Assembly: GCF_039654945.1 (NCBI RefSeq)
Contig: NW_027361797.1
Location: forward strand, 5,890,001 to 5,954,000
DNA length: 64,000 nt
Source of the DNA: Dendrobates tinctorius
Lineage: Eukaryota
Reading direction: 5' to 3'
In this document: piece by piece, positions 40,401-52,315 of the stretch
Layout: each line of letters starts with the position of its first letter
Numbering within the stretch: position 1 is the first letter of the stretch
Made by a program: the position numbers and the translations under genes
Notes under the pieces: model-generated
What the model saw: only the letters and a program-made list of their open reading frames with translations
The model's database searches: none
Told to the model about the DNA's origin: nothing

Positions 40401-41300
40401 AAGAGCACCAAGTTGGTGTACGGAGACTTAGAGGCTGTACATTCTTCACCTGGGAATTAACACATGAATTAACCTGAGAGAACAAGAGGTCAACAGCATG
40501 CAGTAAAAATAGTAACTTGTCTAGTTATATTTCTCATTACAATTGCAATTGTACCACTACATTTATTTTTCGCAGTGAACTATTCATAAAATCAGTCTTA
40601 TTTTCTGCTAGAAGTGGAACTTTAAAACAACAGATTTAATTTAATTTAATTTAACTGTGCTGCTTTCTGTTCCTCTAAAAGATTTGAGTCAGTGATCAAT
40701 TAATTGTTTCAATAACGCTTTTAATTACATGGTAATGGTAACACTGAAAAGCAACCTATTAGGCCTAAGGAGGTTTTAGTTGTAGAAGTATCCAGCACCA
40801 AGTCTGGTAGGATTAGTTAACATACATATATATATATATTGTGAGAATCATGTGGGAATAGTGGATGAGGGCAGGTATATCTCGCCCAGATTCCTTTCCT
40901 ATGTGGCCTAGTCTGGTCAGTATCGCACCTGCTTGCTAATGAATAATGGGAGGTGGATATAAAAGGATGCCAGGTGGTTGTGTGAGTGTCTCAGCCTGGG
41001 AACACAGAGAGCCTGTCTGTGTGAGAGACACATGTGAGTGAGAGCAGTGCCCACTGCAACTGTGGTTTGGCTGGACGGGAGAAGCCCGCCAGTTGGTAGT
41101 TAGGTTGTACTTTGTTTAGTTAGTGCCGGACAGGCAAGGATTTGTTTTATGTTTTATTTCTTTATGCATTGCTTTCACCATTAATAAACCTGACCCAGTG
41201 TCAGTTATACCCGAATCCCAGCTCTGCGCCTGAGTTTCATGCTGAACGCACGTGACCTTTGACCCCAGCAAAGGCGATCCCGGAGTGTTTTATCACATTG

Positions 41301-41318
41301 TGGTGGAGAACGCGGGCA
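41301..41318 (+). promoter_or_regulatory. Primer-binding site, tRNA-Ala-like
   Basis: TGGTGGAGAACGCGGGCA lies 3 nt after the 5' LTR and is complementary to a tRNA-Ala 3' end (...TTCTCCACCA). Confidence 0.8.
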
Positions 41319-41331
41319 TCACATTGCAAGC

Positions 41332-44300
41332 ATGAGCATGGAGGACGTGGTGAAAGTGCTGGTACAGTCCACCGCCGTCCAGCAAGAAGCTAATCGGGTG
41401 ATGATGGCCCAGCTGAAGGAGTTGGTGGACATGACAGCTTCCGATCGTTCACTTCTCCAGCAGGTGGCGCAGCGCCTGGCAAGCCTACATGAGGTTAACC
41501 TGGAAGCCGAGTCGAGAGTGATTCACGTGAGTCCGTACTGGCAGAAGATGACGACTGAAGATGACGTCGAGGCATACCTGACCACGTTTGAACGGACGGC
41601 GGTACGAGAAAAATGGCCGAAGGCACGATGGGCCGGCCTGATTGCCCCGTTTCTTTCCGGGGAGGCCCAAAAGGCTTATTATGACTTAGAGCCTGAAGCT
41701 GCGCAGGACTTTGACAAACTGAAAGCCGAGATCTTGGCCCGGCTGAGAGTGACGACCGCTGTCCGTGCACAGAGAGTGCATCAATGGACTTATCAGCCGG
41801 ATAAACCACCGCGGTCACAGATGTTCAACCTGATCCACGTGACGAAGTGGCTACAACCCGAGGTGCTGACAGTGCCAGAGATAATCCAGAGAGTCGTCAT
41901 GGACAAGTACCTGAGAGCTCTACCGCCAGCCCTGAGGAAGTGGGTGAGCCATGGAAATCCTACGACGGCAGATCAACTGGTGGATCTGGTTGAACGTTAC
42001 TCCATGGCGGAAGGACTCCGAGACGATGTTACCCCACCTCGTTCTTCATCATCTCCACGTGGAACCGGTAAAACTGTTCCAGGGAGTAGGGGAGATGGAA
42101 AAATCCCTAAGACAGTGGGGGAGGAAAATGGGACTGCCCGCACTGCGAGGCCGAGAGTAACGAACTATGGTCTAAGCAAGGGGCCCGTTAGGTGTTTCTG
42201 CTGCCAAGAGATGGGACATATTGCTGCGAACTGTCCGGTCACTACTGAACCCATGCAGTGCGACGTCACAGACTCTAAAAACCGCATGCCTATGGTTGCA
42301 CGGGTAGTGAGTGTGAATGCCGGTCAAAAGGATGCGGAAAAACACTTGTGTGATTTAACTGTTGATGGCAAAAATGTGGTGGCATTGTTAGACTCGGGAA
42401 GTGTGGTGACTCTGGTGAAGGCCAGTCTGGTGTCAGCCCCGACTGGACCATCAGAAAAATTTTCTGTAATGTGTGTGCATGGAGACACCTGTTCGTACCT
42501 CACCACGGTCATATGCATTACTACTTCCTATGGGTCTGTGCAACATAAAGTGGGACTCGTCCCGGCGTTATTGCATGATGTTATCCTGGGCCGGGATTTT
42601 CCCCACTTCTGGCAATTGTGGGAGAATCAGTTGATGCCCTTGGGTAATCGTGTACATGATTCTTCTCCCAGGGCGCGTGGGGGTCCCGAACCCCTGGAAG
42701 AGGTCTCCCCAGAAGACTCGGGGGAAGAGTCTGCAGGAAATGACCTGCAGTTCCCGTTTTCAGTCATGGCGGGTGATACGGAGGAGACCGGGGAAGAGGA
42801 GGAGGCCGACAGCCGTCCACCTCCCCGTTTGCCGGATTTAGAAGTTCAGAAAGATGACTTCCAAAGCGAGCAAATAAAGGATCCTACCCTTTCTCAGGCT
42901 AGGACAAATGTAAAAGTGATAAATGGGGTACCCGTAGAACCTGGCTCTAGGCTGGCATATCCTTACATGGTTCTGGAGAATGATTTACTCTATCAGATAG
43001 AGAAAAAGGGGGAAGGTACGGTGCAACTATTAGTCATGCCAAAACCCTACCGGCGGCAGGTGCTGGACCTGGCCCACGGACATGTGATGGGAGGTCACCT
43101 GGGAGTCCAGAAAACCACCGAAAGGATATTACACTATTTTGTTTGGCCAGGCATGCATCACGATATTCGTGTATATTGTGAGTCTTGTCCTGACTGCCAA
43201 GCCTCTGCACCTAAGCCCCGGTTCTGTAGCCCTTTGGTACCCCTACCTATTATTGAAGTCCCGTTTGAGAGGATTGGGATGGATTTAGTTGGACCCCTTC
43301 CACGGTCTGCACGTGGACACCAACATATCCTGGTCATCTTGGATTATGCCACTCGTTACCCGGAGGCCATCCCTTTGCGTATCACGGCCACCAAGACGAT
43401 TGCCAAGGAACTGGTGCATGTGTTTAGTCGGGTCGGTATACCAAAACAGATACTCACCGACCAGGGGACCCCCTTTATGTCCAGGGTAATGAAGGAGCTC
43501 TGCCGATTGTTACAAATCGAACTGTTACGCACATCCGTGTATCATCCTCAAACAGACGGGTTGGTTGAACGGTTCAATAAAACTCTGAAGCAGATGCTGA
43601 GAAAGGTGATAGACAAGGATGGGAAGAACTGGGACTATTTACTTCCGTATTTGCTTTTTTCCATCAGGGAAGTACCCCAGTCTTCCACGGGATTCTCGCC
43701 TTTTGAGTTATTGTACGCCCGACGTCCTCGCGGACTGTTAGACGTTGCAAAAGAAACCTGGGAGGGTCAGGTCACTCCGTTTAAAATGGTGATAGATCAC
43801 GTCACACAAATGCAGGACCGTATTGCGGCTGTTATGCCTATAGTCAAAGAACACATGATGCAGGCTCAAGGAGCCCAAAAAAGAATCTATGATAGGGGTG
43901 CCAAGATCCGTACTTTTGCACCCGGAGATAGGGTGTTGATCCTGGTCCCCACGGTGGACAGTAAGTTCCTGGCAAAGTGGCAGGGCCCCTTTGAGATTAA
44001 GGAAAGAGTTGTTGAAGTAAACTACAAAGTATACCAGGCAGGTAAGCGGAAACCTGAACAGATTTATCATGTAAATCTGATAAAACCCTGGAAAGATCGG
44101 TCTGCCTTGTCAGCGGAGCTGGCCCGTCCCGTCTGCTCGCATACCATACCGGAGGTACGGGTTGCAGAGACTCTCTCGGAGCAGCAAAAGACTGAGGTCA
44201 GGCAGTTTCTACTTCACAACCAAAAGTTTTTCTCAGAAAAACCCGGGCAGACTACGCTAATGAAACATGACATCGTAACAGAACCTGGTGTCACAGTTCA

Positions 44301-45621
44301 CGTAAAGCCCTACCGAATCCCGGAAGCGCGCCGTGAAGCCGTTTCCCGAGAAGTGAAGGCAATGTTAGAGTTAGGTGTCATTGAGGAATCGCACAGTGCT
44401 TGGTCCAGCCCGATTGTGCTAATTCCTAAACCAGACGGCACCATCCGGTTCTGCAATGACTTCAGGAAACTGAATGCGGTCTCAAAATTTGATGCCTACC
44501 CTATGCCCCGGGTCGACGAGTTAATAGATCGGTTAGGAAAAGCCCGGTATATTACGACCCTAGACCTAACAAAGGGGTATTGGCAGATCCCTCTGGCGGA
44601 GGCTGCCAGAGAAAAGATGGCATTTGCTACCCCAGAAGGTCTATTTCAGTATGTGTATATGCCGTTTGGACTGCACGGAGCACCGGCAACCTTCCAGAGA
44701 CTGATGGATCGAGTCCTGAGGCCACATAGGCAGTACGCTTCGGCCTATTTGGACGACATTGTCATTTACAGCTTGGACTGGGAGACTCATCTCCAGAAAG
44801 TACAAGCTGTGACTGAGGACCTGTGGGAGGCAGATCTAACCGCGAACCCCAAGAAATGTCACATCGGGCTAGAAGAAGCCCGGTATTTGGGGTATGTAAT
44901 TGGGAGGGGTGTTGTTAAACCCCAGGTTGATAAGATTCAGGCGGTTCAGGACTGGCCACAACCTGTCAACAAGAAGCAGGTGCAAGCCTTCCTGGGGATC
45001 GCCGGCTATTATCGCCGGTTCATACCCAATTTTGCAGCCATCGCTACCCCCCTGACAGATCTTACAAAAGGGAAAGACTCCGTCATGATTAAATGGAGTT
45101 TAGCGGCTGAAGAAGCCTTCCATAGCCTAAAACGGGCACTTTGCTCTCAGCCCGTACTGGTGACTCCGGACTTCCGCAGCGAGTTTGTGGTACAAACAGA
45201 TGCCTCTGATACCGGTATCGGGGCAGTACTCTCACAAGTGAGGGACGGAGTGGAACACCCAGTCCTCTATCTCAGCAGGAAGCTGAATAAACACAAGCAA
45301 AGGTATGCAGTCGTAGAAAAAGAGTGCCTCGCCATTAAGTGGGCTCTAGAGGCCCTCAAATATTACCTGGTGGGCCGAAAGTTGAGGCTGATCATGGACC
45401 ATGCCCCTCTCAAGTGGATGCACTTGAACAAGGAACGGAATAGCCGGGTGACCCGGTGGTTCCTTGCCCTGCAGGCCTACACTTTTACGGTGGAGCACAG
45501 CCCAGGGGTACAGATGGGAAATGCAGATGCCCTGTCCCGAGTGCACTGTTTGGCGGGTGTCATTGCTCGACCGGAGAGGTCTGAGCAGAGGGGGGGATAT
45601 GTGAGAATCATGTGGGAATAG
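41332..45621 (+). CDS. Gag-Pol polyprotein: capsid/SCAN-like, CCHC, PR, IN, RT, RNase H
   Basis: DDVEAYLTTFER; CFCCQEMGHIAANC; LLDSGS; LAHGHVMGGHLG..CESCPDC, GMDLVGP, ILTDQG, VERFN, WQGPF; then RFCNDFRKLN, LDLTKGYWQI, YLDD; TDASDTGIGAVL. 1429 aa without a stop. Confidence 0.95.
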   Translation: MSMEDVVKVLVQSTAVQQEANRVMMAQLKELVDMTASDRSLLQQVAQRLASLHEVNLEAESRVIHVSPYWQKMTTEDDVEAYLTTFERTAVREKWPKARWAGLIAPFLSGEAQKAYYDLEPEAAQDFDKLKAEILARLRVTTAVRAQRVHQWTYQPDKPPRSQMFNLIHVTKWLQPEVLTVPEIIQRVVMDKYLRALPPALRKWVSHGNPTTADQLVDLVERYSMAEGLRDDVTPPRSSSSPRGTGKTVPGSRGDGKIPKTVGEENGTARTARPRVTNYGLSKGPVRCFCCQEMGHIAANCPVTTEPMQCDVTDSKNRMPMVARVVSVNAGQKDAEKHLCDLTVDGKNVVALLDSGSVVTLVKASLVSAPTGPSEKFSVMCVHGDTCSYLTTVICITTSYGSVQHKVGLVPALLHDVILGRDFPHFWQLWENQLMPLGNRVHDSSPRARGGPEPLEEVSPEDSGEESAGNDLQFPFSVMAGDTEETGEEEEADSRPPPRLPDLEVQKDDFQSEQIKDPTLSQARTNVKVINGVPVEPGSRLAYPYMVLENDLLYQIEKKGEGTVQLLVMPKPYRRQVLDLAHGHVMGGHLGVQKTTERILHYFVWPGMHHDIRVYCESCPDCQASAPKPRFCSPLVPLPIIEVPFERIGMDLVGPLPRSARGHQHILVILDYATRYPEAIPLRITATKTIAKELVHVFSRVGIPKQILTDQGTPFMSRVMKELCRLLQIELLRTSVYHPQTDGLVERFNKTLKQMLRKVIDKDGKNWDYLLPYLLFSIREVPQSSTGFSPFELLYARRPRGLLDVAKETWEGQVTPFKMVIDHVTQMQDRIAAVMPIVKEHMMQAQGAQKRIYDRGAKIRTFAPGDRVLILVPTVDSKFLAKWQGPFEIKERVVEVNYKVYQAGKRKPEQIYHVNLIKPWKDRSALSAELARPVCSHTIPEVRVAETLSEQQKTEVRQFLLHNQKFFSEKPGQTTLMKHDIVTEPGVTVHVKPYRIPEARREAVSREVKAMLELGVIEESHSAWSSPIVLIPKPDGTIRFCNDFRKLNAVSKFDAYPMPRVDELIDRLGKARYITTLDLTKGYWQIPLAEAAREKMAFATPEGLFQYVYMPFGLHGAPATFQRLMDRVLRPHRQYASAYLDDIVIYSLDWETHLQKVQAVTEDLWEADLTANPKKCHIGLEEARYLGYVIGRGVVKPQVDKIQAVQDWPQPVNKKQVQAFLGIAGYYRRFIPNFAAIATPLTDLTKGKDSVMIKWSLAAEEAFHSLKRALCSQPVLVTPDFRSEFVVQTDASDTGIGAVLSQVRDGVEHPVLYLSRKLNKHKQRYAVVEKECLAIKWALEALKYYLVGRKLRLIMDHAPLKWMHLNKERNSRVTRWFLALQAYTFTVEHSPGVQMGNADALSRVHCLAGVIARPERSEQRGGYVRIMWE
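45587..45599 (+). promoter_or_regulatory. Polypurine tract
   Basis: AGAGGGGGGGATA immediately precedes the 3' LTR. Confidence 0.85.
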
Positions 45622-46258
45622 TGGATGAGGGCAGGTATATCTAGCCCAGATTCCTTTCCTATGTGGCCTAGTCTGGTCAGTATCGCACCTGCTTGCTAAT
45701 GAATAATGGGAGGTGGATATAAAAGGATGCCAGGTGGTTGTGTGAGTGTCTCAGCCTGGGAACACAGAGAGCCTGTCTGTGTGAGAGACACATGTGAGTG
45801 AGAGCAGTGCCCACTGCAACTGTGGTTTGGCTGGACGGGAGAAGCCCGCCAGTTGGTAGTTAGGTTGTACTTTGTTTAGTTAGTGCCGGACAGGCAAGGA
45901 TTTGTTTTATTTCTTTATGCATTGCTTTCACCATTAATAAACCTGACCCAGTGTCAGTTATACCCGAATCCCAGCTCTGCGCCTGAGTTTCATGCTGAAC
46001 GCACGTGACCTTTGACCCCAGCAAAGGTGATCCCGGAGTGTTTTATCACAATATATATATATATATATTAGACAAACTTAAAATTCACCACTATATTAAA
46101 AAATAGCTTATCCCTGGAGTGTGTGTGGGTTCAAACTGATGTGTTTCAAACTGTACGTTCTTAGTCAAAGTTATAGAATGTATCCCTGAGGATAGAGGGT
46201 TATTTTATATTGTGAATAGAGATGATTTGATGTATGCCAGAGCCTTATTTCACAATTT

Positions 46259-48502
46259 GGGTCCCATTTCACTTAGCGACGCACCAACGATCCCGACAAC
46301 AATACGACCTGGTAGGGATCGCTGGTGCGTCGTTAAATGATCCCTTCCTGCATCTCCCCTGGCTCACTTTCCACATTTGATCCCATCACAGAAGAAGAAG
46401 TCTCCAGACTCCTCTCTTCTCGTCTGACTACATGCACTACCGACCCCATTCCCTCATATCTCCTCCAGTCTCTCTCTTCAGTCGTCACAACCCACCTAAC
46501 TACAATCTTTAATCTCTCACTCTCCTTGGGCATTTTCCCATCCTTCAAACACGCCATTGTTACTCCATTACTAAAGAAACCCGCTCTCGACCCATCCTGC
46601 ACAAACAACTACAGACCAGTCTCCAATCTCCCCTTCATCTCTAAACTTTTGGAGCGCCTAGTTTACTCCTGCCTTACCCGTTACCTCTCCACTCACTCTC
46701 TTCTAGACCCTTCACAGTCTGGCTTCTACCCCTACATTCGACTGAAACTACACTAATCAAAGTGACCAATGACCTTCTGACAGCAAAACGTAATGGTGAC
46801 CACTCTCTGCTCATTCTTCTTGACCTTTCTGCAGCTTTCGATACTGTTGACCACCATCTCCTACTCTCTAGGCTCCAGTCACTAGGCATTAAGGACACTG
46901 CTCTCTCCTGGTTCTCTTCCTATCTCTCTGACCGCTGCTTCAGTGTTTTGTTCTCTGGCTCCACTTCATCTCCTCTTCCTCTTGCTGTCGGGGTACCTCA
47001 GGGCTCAGTCCTTGGCCCCCTTCTCTTCTCTCTCTACACAGCCCCAATTGGACAGACCATCAGCAGATTTGGCTTTCAGTAACATCTTTATGCTGATGAC
47101 ACACAACTATACACGTCATTCACTGACCTTACCCCCTCTGTACTACAGAACGCCAGTGACTGTCTGTCCGTAGTCTCCAATATCATGTCCACTCTCTATC
47201 TGAAACTCAACCTCTCCAAAACTTCTGCTCCCGCCATCTACTAACCTCCCTAAATCAGACATTTCCCTCTCCGTGGGTGTACCACAATGACACCCCAGCA
47301 GCAGGCGCACTGTCTAGGCCTTATGTTTGACACCAATCTCTCCTTCACATCCCATATACAATCTCTTGCCCACTCTTGCCGCTTACACCTAAAGAACATC
47401 TCTAGAATCCGCCCTTTTCTCACCATGGAAACAACAAAAACCCTCACTGTAGCATTGATTCACTCCCGCTTGGATTACTGCAACGCTCTATTAATTGGCC
47501 TCCCCGTCACTCGACTATCCCCTCTCCAGTCCATACTTAATGCAGCAGCCAGGGTTGTCCATCTGGCTAATCGGCACTCGGACGTGTCCTCTCTTCGTCA
47601 GTCATTACACTGGCTGCCCATTCATTATAGGATCCAATTCAAAGTACCTGTTCTCACCCACAAAGCTCTCCACAGTGCAGCACCTCCCTACATCTCCTCC
47701 CTCATTTCGGTCTATCGGCCTAGCCGATCGCTGCTCTCTGCAAACGACTTTCGACTGACCTCTGCACTAATCTGTACTTCCCACTCCCGACTCCAAGACG
47801 TCTCCCGTGCTGCTCCTATCCTCTGGAATGCTCTACCCCAAGAAATTAGGACTAACCACAATTTGCATAGTTTTAGGCGCTCCCTCAAAACACATTTGTT
47901 CAGAGTGGCTTATCACGTTCACTAATCAAAGTCATTCTATGTGTAAGTGTGCATGTGTAGCCCATTCACTATATCCATCCATCCTTCACTCCCTCAAGAT
48001 GGCTGGACCTCCATTGTAAATTTACAATTGTAAATACACACCTGTACTTTGTATCTCCCCCACCTCATGGTAGATTGTAAGCTCTCACCAGCAGGGTCAT
48101 CTTATTTCGTCTTATTTTGCTTTATTTATTGTATTGTTAATGTTGTTACTTATGGCTTATGTTTTGAAACTGTTAAACTGTAAAGCGCTGGGGAAAATGT
48201 TGGTGCTATATAAATAAAGATTATTATTATCACTAGTAAGCTGCCAAACAGGCAGATCTCGTCAGCGATGCAGCAGCGATCCAGCGATCAAACACAGTGA
48301 TGCATGCTGGCCAGCGGGACGACGAAAAAATGGCCCAGGACATTCCTGAATGATCAGCAATTTCCACAGGGGGGTCGGTCGCCGGTCGGTCGCTGCTGTG
48401 TGTCACATGTAGCAAGATCGCAGGTGAGATCACTGTTGCATCACAAAATCGGTGACACATTAGCAATCTCGCTAGCGATCTCGTTATGGGAGACGGGGCC
48501 TT
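46259..48502. mobile_element. Harbinger-type MITE copy 2, split by the L2 insertion
   Basis: 46259-46340 joined to 48231-48502 restores the same MITE as 50917-51322. Confidence 0.75.
46341..48230 (+). mobile_element. L2-clade LINE, 5'-truncated, RT pseudogene
   Basis: [44 protein letters not shown] (47089-47100), SRLDYCN, LHWLP; 3' end AATAAAGATTATTATTAT. Confidence 0.92.
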
Positions 48503-48559
48503 TAAAAGCAGCTCGATTTTATTTTCACTTGTTTAATAACTATTCAATAAATATACATA

Positions 48560-49350
48560 AAATCCATTCTAATAGTTAAGCCATTTGGTACTATAGTATT
48601 TAATTTTAGAATAGTGGATGCTTCTTTATACTTTAAAATACAAGATCAGTCACCTTGCCTTTTTGGTGAATGAACCATTTCAATAGCATTTACTTTGAAA
48701 GCACTGACATCTTGCTGATGACAGTTTAGAAAATGTTTTGAGGCTCCAGATAAACTTTGGGTAGTTTTATTTTGTGCTTCATAAAGATGCTCAGAACTTT
48801 GTTTTCTCAATGTTCTAGTGGTGCAACCCACATACTGGAGCCCACATTTTTCGCAAGTTATCAGATAGATTACAAATGTGCTACTGCAGTTAAAAAAAAT
48901 CATTAATACCAATTTTTTTGTTTTCACTAGTTAAAGTATATCTTTTGGAAGTGTACATACTGTAAAAGGACATAAACCGCATAGTCTCTGTCCTCATTTG
49001 TTAGAATCACTTGTTAACAACCAGTTTTTCTATTTTTTTGTTTTGCCAATGTTTATATGCTTACTTGGTGAGACATAATTGCCTATTGTAGTGTCTTTTT
49101 GGAGACAAATGTATACCCTTGATCTAAGGTCGATTTTAGTATGTATATAAAATTGGTAAATACTTTTAAACAATATTTATTATTTGGTATTAGTTTGGGC
49201 TATATTGAGTAGAAAAAAACACTGGCTGTTCAACTAAGTGGGTATTATCATGAGGTTTAGTCTGTATCTGTTTGGCATGATTTATAATTTTGCCAGAGTA
49301 TCTACATTTTTGGGAAACATTAATCAATATTGGAGCATTCCCCAGAGTAT
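48560..49350 (-). mobile_element. Penelope-like element 3' fragment (GIY-YIG endonuclease)
   Basis: NCSSTFVIYLITCEKCGLQYVGCTTRTLRK..SEHL..KHF (48646-48927). Confidence 0.82.
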
Positions 49351-49459
49351 TTATGCTTCAGATTACAACACCATTTAGCCCTAATATATTCCCCAACAGT
49401 AACATTTTGTACAACATGTTTTGGGTGACAACTAGTAGCAAATAACAATGAGTTATCAG

Positions 49460-49770
49460 TAGTGATGAGCGAGTATACTCGTTGCTTGGGTTTTTCCGAG
49501 CATGCTCAGGAGTCCTCCAAGTATTTTGGCATGCTCGGAGATTTAGTTTTCGCCATCTCATCTGCATGATTTGCAACTTGTAGACAGGCTGAATACCTGT
49601 GTGGAATGCCTGTTTGTTAGGGAATTCCCACATGTATTCAGCCTGTCTACAAGTCCTAAAACATGCAGATAAGATGACGAAATCTAAATCTCCGAGCACG
49701 CCAAAATACTTGGAGGACACCCGAGCATGCTCGCAAAAACCCGAGCAACAAGTATACTTGCTCATCACTA
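49460..49770. mobile_element. Palindromic hAT MITE (311 bp)
   Basis: TIR TAGTGATGAGC; 8-bp TSD GTTATCAG/ATTATCAG; the two halves are reverse complements. Confidence 0.9.
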
Positions 49771-50916
49771 ATTATCAGGACTAGGTTTTTCTGAATAGGC
49801 CTAAGTGTATGTGCTCAAGATTTTTTATATGGTTGAGGGAACTCGTAATGTCAAGTCTCCACCAGAACCTTCTCCTTCAACTTCTTCTTCTGTCGCCAGA
49901 TGCTGCCGTATTCACTCTGCGGGAGGTACTGGTTATAGAGGAGATGTCGGACCAAGAATCTCTGGACGGCAGGTTTTGTCTAGCCACTAAGGTTAGAGTG
50001 GCCTGGACCTGTAGTGCCATCCAGTCTGGCGGTCCGTATGTGTGAAGCTGAAGTTATCAGGTCCCTGCTCCAGCCAATTGGAGAGCACCACACCTTACTA
50101 AGGCTGCCATCTTTCTGGTGGAAGCTGCCAGGCATAGCTTAGTGTTTCCCTGGCTAGATGTGTATATTTTGGTTTAGTGTGCTCCTGTTTTGACCCTGGC
50201 TTGTTTCTGAATATTCTTGCGGATCCTGATTTTGTCCTTGACGTGACCGCTCAGCTCTGAGCCTGCTTGGCAACAATTTATACCTCCATAATAGTATTCC
50301 ACTGGATCCTATAGTATAAACAGATCCTTTACAGAGGTTTAAAAGATATTGGGGCTGTTTGGATTCTGCCAGATGTAGGGGCTTGTACCAAGTCTGTCCA
50401 AGGCAGCCTTTTGACTCTGTGACCTCATGCAGATGTTACAATTAAGTTTTTCAAGAGGAAGATGCTTCAAGACACATTGGTCTCCTTTGTCTTGGAGCAT
50501 ATTTTTTGTGTCTTTTCAGCCATTTCCCCATTCCTCTCTGAAGGAATCAGACATCACGTCTTCAGCCTTTGCTGTGTTTCATTTTACTTGTATTGTATAA
50601 ACTTGTATGCAGCCTGAAGAACTGAGAAGCCACTTCTTTTATCAGCTTTTTTGGAAACCTGTAGTGGTTAAAAGAAGCTCAAATCACTGAATATATGCAC
50701 AGCAAGTCATTTTAACAATAAATGCATATGTCCATTATTTTTAGCATTTATTTAGCCAATTTTGAAGTAGGTTATGGGCACACAACACATTTTTTAGGCA
50801 GGTATGATTCATAACCTAAGTCAGATGCATATGACAGGCCTGTGCTAGGTCCCTAGCTACAAGTCATTGACCAGTGGGCTGAAAGGTGGACTCCCCATTC
50901 TCTATCGAACCCCTTA

Positions 50917-51322
50917 GGGTCCCGTTACATTTAGCGATGCACCAGCGATCCCGACAACAATACGACCTGGTCAGGATCGCTGGTGCATCCCTAAATTATC
51001 GCTAGTGAGCTGCCAAGCAGGCAGATCTCACAAGCGACGCAGCAGCGATAAGCGATCCGTCGGCGGTCGCTCTTACCTGTCACACGGCAGCGATGATGAC
51101 GGCTTCTGCCTGCGTCCATGCGTCGCTAGTCGGCTCCAGCGGGATCCCAATGAGGAAAAAATGGCCCAGGACATTCGAGCGCGATCAGCGATATCCAGCA
51201 GGGGGGCCGGTCACAGGTACATGTCACACAAAGCAAGATCGCTAGCGAGATCGCTGTTACGCCACAAAATCGGTGATGCTTTAGCGATGTCGCCAGCGAT
51301 CTCGCTATGTGTAAAAGGCCCT
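50917..51322. mobile_element. Harbinger-type MITE copy 3
   Basis: TTA|GGGTCCCGTTACATTTAGCGA ... TCGCTATGTGTAAAAGGCCC. Confidence 0.75.
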
Positions 51323-52315
51323 TCAGTCACTATTGATTGGTATTTAAGAGGATAAACTATCAAACTATCAAAGATCAATTTTATCTATCATTGTTTGTTG
51401 CCCAAAGATGCTAGCATCAATTAGGACATCATTATGGAGGATCACATAGAAATGCCCCTTAAAAAAGTCAGAAGAACAGAAGAAGTACCCTTAATGGCAA
51501 ATGTAAAAACACTATACCGAGTTTGTTAATGGGTTAATTTTCAAATACATAACAGTAAAAATTAAATTTTTATTATTTTCCCTTTTTAATTACTATTATT
51601 TAGTTTAAAGCCCTTTGGAATATCACAGCACTGCAAATTTTGCCCCTCTAGTTATTGCTCTTCCAAAAGATAGACTGACTTGAATTATTTTGTTTGATAT
51701 TTTTAATGGGAACAATGTTTAGTTGGTTTGTGGCTCTAATTTCTTTTTTCTCTAAAAGCAGAATCAGCAGTTATATGAGCCATACTGTACCGTCCTTTAT
51801 TCCCAGTTTGCAAACTCAAACTTTTAAGAGGTGTTTTGTATGTTTAATAATCAAACTCCAATAAAGATAACTTGCGTAGCACGTTTTTAATAAAGTAACT
51901 ACTGGTCTGTACTAAACATAAACTAATTAAGATAATGTTACTACAGAGTAATGGAAATTGCATTATTTGTATTTAGTCATTGTTTGTTGTGTCATTTACC
52001 GCTTGACAGATGCTTTAACATATGGTTTGATGTCATTAGATAGCTTCATAAAGTTGTTGCTCAAGAGTGTGATACATTATCTTAATACTTAAGTAAAAGG
52101 CAAAGGTACATAAAAGTGGTGGGTAATCAATGAAGGAATACATAAAAATGCAGCAATTGATGCCTTCTTATTTGTTCACAGCAAGATGTTATTACCGTCC
52201 AACATTTATATACGAAGTAAGATATATGAATATGGGCACTTTAGAAAACTGAATTTCAAATTTTTTTCCAAGTACCTACATGCATTATCTAATTAATATC
52301 TCTTTATGTATATAT

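Larger units (their letters stand above)
40840..46050 (+). mobile_element. Full-length Gmr1-like Ty3/Gypsy LTR retrotransposon
   Basis: LTRs 40840-41297 and 45600-46050 (TGTGA...TCACA) differ by two substitutions and one 7-bp indel. ATAT TSD in (TA)n; PBS, PPT and a single intact ORF are present. Confidence 0.96.
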
